DNA of 63,575 nucleotides, filler included, from Collodictyon triciliatum (lineage: Eukaryota), in NCBI GenBank assembly GCA_043381765.1. It is 11 parts of 11 records of this genome, joined end to end, with 100 filler letters (N's around TTAATTAATTAA, not from the genome) between each part and the next. Parts side by side here need not be neighbours in the genome. Positions count along the whole stretch, not along the records: positions 54,685 to 60,932 come from JBHJMP010004607.1; positions 61,033 to 63,575 come from JBHJMP010004661.1; 9 more parts are not named here. The stretch is one strand, 5' to 3'. Each line of letters starts with the position of its first letter. Within the stretch, counting starts at the first letter, position 1. This document shows, in pieces, positions 55,429 to 63,575 of the stretch. The position numbers and the translations under genes were made by a program. The notes under the pieces were generated by a model. That model did not search any database. It was given only the letters and a program-made list of their open reading frames with translations, and was not told the origin of the DNA.

Positions 55429-55877
55429 CAGCCACCTTACAGTAGTTGCTGGTGGATTTCTGTCCCGTAGAGTGTGGAAGTGAGAACAAAATGTTACTGT
55501 TGGTGGCAGCAGTGCAGTTGCTCGGGCGCATTACGCATGATAAGGATGAATGTGTGGTAAAGCCTATTGACCTGCCTCACTCTGCGTTGTCCACAAATAT
55601 TGTCTCACACTAAAACGATTCCAGAGACCGGAGAGCAACTCCCTCCTCCGATCCATTTATTCCAAAAGTAAGGAAAAATGGAATATGATAATAAAAAATA
55701 ATACGTAAAACTAATGAGGTCGAAACTATTTTCATTTATTAATTGATAAAACCATGATGATACGGTAGATTGGATATAAAAATGCTTTGCCAACTATATT
55801 CGTACTGCGAGGAGCATCTTGGATGAAGCCCACACAACTAGCTCATGGAAAATAAATCATGATGTTGCAGAACAGGT

Positions 55878-56813
55878 TTATGAAAGGGCAAGATTGATCG
55901 CACGAGAGTTTCCGCATAGGGAAGCCAGGTTGCAGGATTGATCGATGACATGGATTGCCACCGGATTGCCGTGGATTTGTTGGCACAATGAGAAAGCTGC
56001 TCGGCAAACAGACGCGTTTCTGTTTGGAATATACAGAATATTATTAGATACAACCTCACAACTTAATGCCTCAGCGTGCGTATCTCTTTTATGATTCCTT
56101 GTGTAACTACTGCCAAGTCCAAAGTACAATTATAACGAGGAATGCCGGGAAATTAAATAATATTCATAGAGAATTGAATGGCTCAGGTAAAAAAAAACAT
56201 TAAGGAAAAATGATAAAAAAAAAGAAGAAAAATAACAAGATTCAAAAGAAATAAAATGCAAAAGAAATCAAAGAGCCCGAAGGAGAAAAACAAGGGAAGG
56301 ATAAAAAGGCATATATTCAACTTCAAATCGTATACATACTCTTTAGATATGCTGATAATGGCTGAAAAATCGAACGGTTTAAACTGTATAATTTGGACAG
56401 GATGACGTTTTGCCCCGAAGTCTCCAACCATCGACTGATATGCCGCCAGCAAAGCCTGCTTGAAAAATCGTTCGTCCAACTTTGCTGAGGCTGAAGTAAG
56501 GTACGACGAAGTAGAAAGACTGCAAGTTGATAAGATGGTCATTAATGATGGTGATGTAAGGATAATATGATGTGTACGTACTTCATGAAAAGAATGAAAA
56601 GAGGGTTTGTAAAAAATTGACATAATATATTATGTAGAAAAGCAAAAGAAAAAAGCCCATAAAAAAGCCCATAAAAAAGCCCATAAAAAAGCCCATAAAA
56701 AAGCCCATAAAAAATGTTGAAAGCTACGTTTACCACGAGGAGACGTCAAACAAAAAGGGGTTTTACATTTTCACGCGCATATAGCACGTCTCTGGAGATA
56801 TCGTTGTTTTCAT
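55878..56813 (-). CDS. RPP14: RNase P/MRP subunit Rpp14/Pop5 family
   Basis: Three exons: CYMRVKI...LDERFFKQALLAAYQSMVGDFG...SAIISI...AAFSL...VAIHVIDQSCNLASLCGNSR, matching the Rpp14 pattern. Confidence 0.8.
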
Positions 56814-57389
56814 TCCTGTGGCTTGGAGGTTCGATAGGGCGTCAGCTCTTCTAGTAGCATATGATTATATACCCAGTAGTTGAACAAAAGGAGGTGGCTA
56901 GATCGTGGCAGCAAGTAGCTCATTTCCCAACCATACACTTTTTCCCTTTATTCGATTCAAAGTTGTTGCCAGCCATATATATTACGCTTCCGTACAAAAG
57001 TTTCAAAGGCTTGTCTTCTCTTCTCAAAAGGCTAGGCCTTCCGCAGCTGTGGCGGGTGCTTTCAAAAAAGAAAAAAAGAAAAAAAGAAAAAAAGAAAAAA
57101 AGAAAAAAAGAAAAAAAGAAAAAAAGAAAAAAAGAAAAAAAGAAAAAAAGAAAAAGAAAAAGAAAAAAGAAAAAGAAAAGAAAAAAGAAAAGAAAAAAGA
57201 AAAAAGAAAAAGAAAAAAGAAAAAAAAAGGAAGAAAAGAAAGGAACGGAGAAGTATTTTCTGAAACTGATCAAGGTAGTTTACTTTGGATGTGTGTTGCG
57301 ATGCGCCATACAAACGAGGCAGAAAACAACGATGTTAGGAGAGTATGCCTGCAAGATTGTGAAAGCAAACTCAGGGGATCTTCAAAGGC

Positions 57390-59918
57390 TTATTTCGCCC
57401 TGGGTTGGTACTTGAAAGTGTGGGCGAGTTTGAGATAACCTGCTGCCTTCTCCTCGTTCTTGGGAATGCTTGGGAGTCCGGAGTAGGCATATGCAAGCAA
57501 AAAGCACGCTGCAGCATGCCCCAACTCTGCCGTGGCTCCCAGGGTCGAAAGAGCTTCCTCCACCTCTGCCGCAGAGTCAGATGACTCCAGTTTTCGAAGA
57601 GAATGCTCATACCTTGCCTCCAAATGCCCCATTTCAGAGGCCGCCAGAAGGTTTCTACAGTTTTGCAAGAAACCCAGCTCATCCGGCTGATTCTGGGGGA
57701 GACTCGCTTGATTCGTATGCGCTGTGTAGAAGTGGGCGTGTGGGTTCGGTGATAGTTCACTAGCTTGCTTGTAAAGCTCGATCTTTTTTTGTGCTTCCCG
57801 CATAGGTAGTATCCGGCCTTCAAGGAACGTAAAGACTGACATCAATTGCTGCTCACTCGCACCAGACAGTTGCGATGGGCGTTCTTGGGCCAGCATGCGG
57901 GCCTTAATACGGTCTAATGTGCTCTTCATAGAGTCGCGATGGACATCTGTCCAACCCGTTTCGTGGTTGTGAAGTTCCACGCAAAGCTGAAATGCTTCGT
58001 TTTTCGGGCAGTGGCGGGGTGACTGAAGTAAAAGACAGTGTAGCATCAACCCACACAAACTGCTGCATGTTTTTTTGTATAAACTATACAGCTTTTCGAT
58101 GTTTGATTTGAGAGAAGGGCGACTCAAGAATGAAGCTAGAATGGAAGAAACTTGTTCGAGTTCTTCGGATTGTTCTATTCCTACCAAGGAACTTAACATC
58201 GCTTGTTGTATCTGTGGCGGCCTGAAGCTCACCGAAGTAGTTGGTGAATGCCAATTTTGTTGTTGTTTTTGTTGTTGTTGTTGCTGCTGCAACCAAGATG
58301 ATGATATGATAGGTTGAGGTTCATAATGCTCCTGCGCTGGTACAGGGTTACAAGCTATTGATATGGGCTTAATTGGTAATTGGGGCACAGGCCCGACGTT
58401 CTCACCATGTAGCGCAGTAGTGGGTGTTATTTGGGAAAATGTTGGCCCTTCGTTTAATGAAGACTGTGTACTAGAGGTTGACACGGTGGGTAATAGATGG
58501 GAGTATCCTTGATGAGGTGGATTTGATATTCTACTTGTATGCACAGATGTGGGCTGAGAGTCCTGAGAATCCGTCTCGTCTACTTGACATATAGGACGAC
58601 TTTTAGCATCAAGTGATACTGGGTATTGTAGGCTTTGTTTACTCAATCCAAGAGGAGCCCTCTGATTGATAGAAGCCTTAGCCATACATTCGTTCAAGTG
58701 GCACTGAGTAATAATCAGCATGCTGGTATCAAAAAAATAATCACGAGTATCGCAACCTCTGCATATTTCTCTTGGGTCAAGTGCGATTAAGTCTTGAAGT
58801 CCAAGGTTCTTTTCCAGTCGTCGTCGTCTCGAAAAATTCGAAACATCACAAGGACTGCCACCCTCGAGAACAAAATTTAAGAAATATTCGAGAGACGCTT
58901 GACTCTCATGATGCTCCATTCTTTGATCTGATATGGAAACTGAACCGAGTATCCGAGATAAAAAATCCATCGATCTTGAACTTTCCAGCAAGTCAACAAA
59001 GTTGGACAGCATCCCCAAGTCGATGCGTCCCAACCCGTCGGACAGTTTCGAGAGGGCGTCATCCAGTGCATCTAGTCCGTCACACTTGTACGATCCAATA
59101 ATCTCTACTATATCCTTCAGAAAGAATTTTGGGGATAAATTAAGCAATTTCAAAGACTGGGCTGCGTGTCTATCTCGTGCGATTGAAGATCTGGATGCGG
59201 TAGATTCTTTTACCAAACAAAACAGTAACGTTTCACAAATCAACCGCACAAGAGCCTTCTCAAGTTCAATCCTTCTATTGGCTGCATTATCCTCATTCAC
59301 GGCTAGACCTTGAAGCTCATGCATGAGCGACTGCGAATACATTTGCTTGCACAGTTCAAGAAAGCCTTCGGGAGTCGGAATTTGGGCAGCCAGCACAGGA
59401 TGAACCAGATAGAGGCGAGCAGCAGGGGCTGCAAGATCTATGAGCGGAGGAAGACTCATGTACGCCACAAAGGCCGAACAGCTGCCTGGAAACAGGCGCA
59501 AGGCCGAAGCGGCCGCGCGAGACCACTGGCGCGCAAGACAGATGGAAGTGAGCAGGGCCGAGTCTGACACGGAGTCGAACGGAAGCTGCATAGAGAGGGC
59601 ACTAGAGACAACGAGGCTGACCTGCAGGGTCAAACCTGGGGGCTGTGAGTGCGGATGGCGGGCGTACTCGACAAAGTATGGTATCACAAAGTCGCACGGT
59701 GGATACACTGCAGACAATGGCACGGAGATATTATCAGGGATGTGGCTTGTGGAGCCGTAGATTATGCGCGTCTGGTGCGGTGGGAGGGCGCAGGGGCCGG
59801 CCGGGGTTTGGGTTAGCCACGCGGAGGAGATATGTTCGCCCAATTCTGGGAGGCAGAGCAGCTGCCAGGGTATGTGTGGCGCAACAGACAGCCACGTCTC
59901 TGGATTGGCCACGAGCGG
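57390..59918 (-). CDS. Large hypothetical protein with Cys motif, polyQ linker and C-terminal Sel1-like repeats (5' end in gap)
   Basis: Uninterrupted frame of about 840 codons containing CRGC, AASEMGHLEARY and TAELGHAAACFLLAYAY...KNEEKAAGYLKLA. Confidence 0.7.
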   Translation of the reverse strand, partial: PLVANPETWLSVAPHIPWQLLCLPELGEHISSAWLTQTPAGPCALPPHQTRIIYGSTSHIPDNISVPLSAVYPPCDFVIPYFVEYARHPHSQPPGLTLQVSLVVSSALSMQLPFDSVSDSALLTSICLARQWSRAAASALRLFPGSCSAFVAYMSLPPLIDLAAPAARLYLVHPVLAAQIPTPEGFLELCKQMYSQSLMHELQGLAVNEDNAANRRIELEKALVRLICETLLFCLVKESTASRSSIARDRHAAQSLKLLNLSPKFFLKDIVEIIGSYKCDGLDALDDALSKLSDGLGRIDLGMLSNFVDLLESSRSMDFLSRILGSVSISDQRMEHHESQASLEYFLNFVLEGGSPCDVSNFSRRRRLEKNLGLQDLIALDPREICRGCDTRDYFFDTSMLIITQCHLNECMAKASINQRAPLGLSKQSLQYPVSLDAKSRPICQVDETDSQDSQPTSVHTSRISNPPHQGYSHLLPTVSTSSTQSSLNEGPTFSQITPTTALHGENVGPVPQLPIKPISIACNPVPAQEHYEPQPIISSSWLQQQQQQQKQQQNWHSPTTSVSFRPPQIQQAMLSSLVGIEQSEELEQVSSILASFLSRPSLKSNIEKLYSLYKKTCSSLCGLMLHCLLLQSPRHCPKNEAFQLCVELHNHETGWTDVHRDSMKSTLDRIKARMLAQERPSQLSGASEQQLMSVFTFLEGRILPMREAQKKIELYKQASELSPNPHAHFYTAHTNQASLPQNQPDELGFLQNCRNLLAASEMGHLEARYEHSLRKLESSDSAAEVEEALSTLGATAELGHAAACFLLAYAYSGLPSIPKNEEKAAGYLKLAHTFKYQPRAK

Positions 59919-60658
59919 NNNNNNNNNNNNNNNNNNNNNNNNNNNNNNNNNNNNNNNNNNNNNNNNNNNNNNNNNNNNNNNNNNNNNNNNNNNNNNNNNN
60001 NNNNNNNNNNNNNNNNNNNNNNNNNNNNNNNNNNNNNNNNNNNNNNNNNNNNNNNNNNNNNNNNNNNNNNNNNNNNNNNNNNNNNNNNNNNNNNNNNNNN
60101 NNNNNNNNNNNNNNNNNNNNNNNNNNNNNNNNNNNNNNNNNNNNNNNNNNNNNNNNNNNNNNNNNNNNNNNNNNNNNNNNNNNNNNNNNNNNNNNNNNNN
60201 NNNNNNNNNNNNNNNNNNNNNNNNNNNNNNNNNNNNNNNNNNNNNNNNNNNNNNNNNNNNNNNNNNNNNNNNNNNNNNNNNNNNNNNNNNNNNNNNNNNN
60301 NNNNNNNNNNNNNNNNNNNNNNNNNNNNNNNNNNNNNNNNNNNNNNNNNNNNNNNNNNNNNNNNNNNNNNNNNNNNNNNNNNNNNNNNNNNNNNNNNNNN
60401 NNNNNNNNNNNNNNNNNNNNNNNNNNNNNNCAATAATCACGAAGAGCTCCCACTTTCCTTTTCATTAAACATTCTTACTTTCCCACCCAAGCACGAAGTC
60501 GCCAGTTGGGGGTGAAGTGGGTGGAATGCAACATCAGTGGCTGTTTCCGTGTACCTCGCTATTTTATGTAAGACTGTTACTTTGTGAAGGTCGTGCAATT
60601 ATGCAGGCTATATGAATACGCATCAGATTTTAGCCAGCACCAGCCATTAATTCATATC

Positions 60659-60713
60659 AACCACACATTGTTGCTGTTGAAAGGAAGAATAAAAAAAACC
60701 ACACATTGTTGCT
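60659..60713 (+). mobile_element. Family B micro-insertion GTTGAAAGGAAGAATAAAAAA with perfect 17-bp TSD
   Basis: AACCACACATTGTTGCT occurs at 60659-60675 and again at 60697-60713. Confidence 0.8.
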
Positions 60714-61305
60714 CTGTAAATTATATTTTTGATAGAAGAGACTCTAGTATAGCATAATTCATTGTTGTTGGTGATGTATTCATAAACTAATTATTCAGAA
60801 TAATAAAAGTTGATTTGGCTCGCAATCTGTATTTTTAAATTCAACAAACTTTGTCTTCTAATCCACAATCCAAAAATCGTAAACAAAGGGCTGCATGATA
60901 TACAAAGTTCATGAATGCGGTTCATATGCCCCNNNNNNNNNNNNNNNNNNNNNNNNNNNNNNNNNNNNNNNNNNNNTTAATTAATTAANNNNNNNNNNNN
61001 NNNNNNNNNNNNNNNNNNNNNNNNNNNNNNNNAAAAAAAACAAACAAAAAACAAACAAAAAACAAACAAAAAAAACAAACAAAAAAAAAACAAACAAAAA
61101 AAACAAACAAAAAAAACAAACAAAAAAACAAACAAAAAAACAAACAAAAACCAAAAACAAACAAACAAACCAAATGAATACGATGAAGTAATGAATGTTA
61201 AATATCCTCGTTTATGTCATTCTCATTTTTTTCTTGCAAAACAGTACAGCCATCCACAATTTCTTCTGTAATAACAAAAGCATGAATACTTTACTTTATT
61301 TCCAG

Positions 61306-61377
61306 TACCAGGGCCAGGGAAACCCCACTCCAGGAAACTTTTATGGTGTCCAACCCACTGCGCCGTCTTACATGTAG
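61306..61377 (+). CDS. Probable terminal exon of a truncated gene (YQGQGNPTPGNFYGVQPTAPSYM*)
   Basis: Pyrimidine tract and CAG acceptor followed by a short open frame ending in TAG. Confidence 0.4.
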   Translation, partial: YQGQGNPTPGNFYGVQPTAPSYM

Positions 61378-62212
61378 TTTGTCGCCGTGTCTCAGCCTTG
61401 CAAAGCAAGCGACCAACCCTCGAATCTCCATCTCGATAAATAACCAACTAAGAAGTACTGAAAGGACTGTGTAATACAAAAAGATGACACACATAAAAAA
61501 AATAATTCCTTCCCCTGCCAAAGCGCTGGGATGCATTTCAAGCGGTGCGTGTTCTCTTCACACCCCCCATTTTTTTCGCCCGCACGAAATCTACCGCCAC
61601 AAACACCGGACAAGAGACGCTTCACCCTCAACACATATGTGGAAAAAACCATACAAAGCCGGCCGTCTGTGGTCTTTTTCCATTTTTGTACATGTTTCTT
61701 GCGCCAGAATGCCATTGCTTTTGACACCATTATTTGCCCATAGCACAAGCTCAACCAACACGTCAGTGCGTCGCTCATCCCTTTTCTTTTTTCCCTTTTC
61801 TTTTTTCTCCTTTCTCTTTTTCCCTTTTCTTTTTTCCCTTTTCTTTTTTCTCTATTCTCTTTCGAGTATAAAGAGACATGCCCTCTTAAATGACAAGGCG
61901 CTTCAAAATGTCCTATGGTAAACAATCCTCCGTGTCTTTAAAGACAGGCAAATAGCTGGGGTTGAGCAGAACAAAAACGAAACCCTTTATACGAATGAGG
62001 ACAGGGCACACCCTCAAGCAACCCGACACCCAAAGCTTGACACACGCCAATGCAGTAATCTAATATACACATATTTTTGACACAGAGATACATGAGTGGC
62101 AATGAGCGAGAGGAAAGAAAAAGAACAAGAGTCGAAGCCGACTCGTGCATGAACCCTAGGAGGAACGAAATAGCTGATTATTTTTATTCTGTTCCTACCA
62201 CTTCAATCATTT

Positions 62213-62268
62213 CGCATGACTCTGGATTTTTTCCTCCTTTATTCTATTCAACCGTGTGACTCTGGATT
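62213..62268 (-). mobile_element. Family A micro-insertion, reverse orientation, with 16-bp TSD
   Basis: CGCATGACTCTGGATT and CGTGTGACTCTGGATT flank a sequence whose reverse complement is GTTGAATAGAATAAAGGAGGAAAA. Confidence 0.7.
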
Positions 62269-62461
62269 AATATTGCTGGAGAGCTGAGCGAGGGGTGGCA
62301 ACTATCAAAACAATTTGGCTTTTTCTTCTTCTTTCCTCCCTCCTTTTTCTCCTCCTTTTGAATTATGACTCGAAATGATCCCAATGAATGATCAGAGACT
62401 GACCCTTTGCCTGGGCTAAAAGATACATAACCTGCCTCGCCCAATAGTAGCCAACTCCACT

Positions 62462-63421
62462 ATGATGCAAGGAAGCACTCGCCACACCCGACGCTCGTTG
62501 GAGTGGCACACGACGAAAGTCTTTATTCTACTTGCTGTTGTCTCGCTGGTTTTGATGTTTGCGCCTCGAACCGGGAAACAGACACACGTCGCAACTACCT
62601 CGCCCTCGTTCACTGTAAAGGACAAGCTGGAAAGTAAGATCGCACTGGAGGCCAACAAAACCCAATCTGCCTTGCAGCCCGCTGTTCCAGGTCTGAGCTA
62701 TTTCACCTGAACGCTCCTTCCAACGCCCACTACTTTTATTGTCATTAATTATTATTATTTTTTAAAAAAAACAAGCTACTCATTTATTAACTTCGACGTA
62801 CATTCTGTTGTAAAGGATATCCCATGAACGATGAGGATGACGACGAGTGCGAGGACCCTGCTGGAGCGGTTTGTGGGCCCTTTACAATTATCTTAATAGT
62901 CCACAACTGAGTCGCTTTAGATAGAAAGGGCTTTTAAAACTTTCAGTGCTTTTGCTTTTACTGTAAATTTATTTGACAGTGATGAAGAGCTAGGAAAAAA
63001 AGAGCCTTATTTTATGATACCACTTGCCTTATTTTCTTAAACTTGCCTTTGTTGATCAGGATGACCCATGCGAGTATGTTCGAGAATTTTGTGGAGACAT
63101 AGGTTCACCTATAGACTACTTGGAGCTGTATTATTGCGACATGAAGGGTGATGTCCCTGACCCCATCGTGATGATAGTGGCGGTACTATTTTCCATTTAC
63201 TTAAACAAGAATATACAAATTAACTCAAGACGTGTTCCCCCAAATAAACTAGGAGCACTTAATGTGCTATCTTAGCGATAATATAATGAATCTGTATTAT
63301 TCATATGCAGTTATTCTGGCTTGCTATTCTGTTCTATTTGCTGGGTACGACTGGGGATGCCTACTTCTGCCCCTCTCTAATCCGAGTATCAAAGTTTCTG
63401 AACCTTCCACATGATGTGATG
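62462..63421 (+). CDS. Cation/calcium exchanger (CCX/NCLX family), 3'-truncated
   Basis: CEYVREFC...IDYLELYYC and WLAILFYLLGTTGDAYFCPSL...LNLPHDV match the CCX N-terminus. Confidence 0.88.
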
Positions 63422-63523
63422 GTGAGTTTCCTTGTCCATGCAAACCAACTTTTCATCCAGAATATGAGAACAAGCGCACTCTGATAAATACCAGAGTTCA
63501 AACACGATAAAATTAAGGTGAAA

Positions 63524-63559
<36 letters not shown>

Positions 63560-63575
63560 TAAAAAACAAGAAAAA

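Overview
Intron-rich, AT-rich eukaryotic (protist-like) genomic DNA using the standard genetic code (TAA, TAG and TGA all end genes). The window is not one locus. It holds 11 unrelated contigs, mostly about 6.25 kb, joined by artificial N-TTAATTAATTAA-N linkers, so adjacency across linkers is meaningless and many genes are cut at contig ends. Manually spliced genes: PB1-PACRG fusion, cAMP-receptor/Frizzled-like GPCR, TMEM260, WD40 protein, tandem-C2 plus ARM protein, glycosylasparaginase, SGNH-fold protein lacking its nucleophile, tRNA-Glu(CTC), coiled-coil protein, LRR-Roc-COR-kinase-LRR (Roco) protein, divergent Rab-like GTPase, arginyl-tRNA synthetase resembling crenarchaeal enzymes, NHL protein, THH1/TOM1-type 7TM protein, stand-alone LRR gene, soluble adenylyl cyclase, RPP14, Sel1-repeat protein and cation/Ca exchanger. 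A Helitron relic and two L1/Tx1-like LINE fragments are also present. Three signals stand out. (1) A modular LRR/Roco receptor family built from 69-nt phase-0 one-repeat exons, with a recent exon+intron duplication, a hypervariable concave face and modules rearranged between genes, which looks like an exon-shuffling immune-type repertoire. (2) Two families of ultra-short A-tailed insertions flanked by 14-17 bp target-site duplications. (3) An intron-rich archaeal-type ArgRS. All family assignments come from motif recognition by eye, not from database searches.
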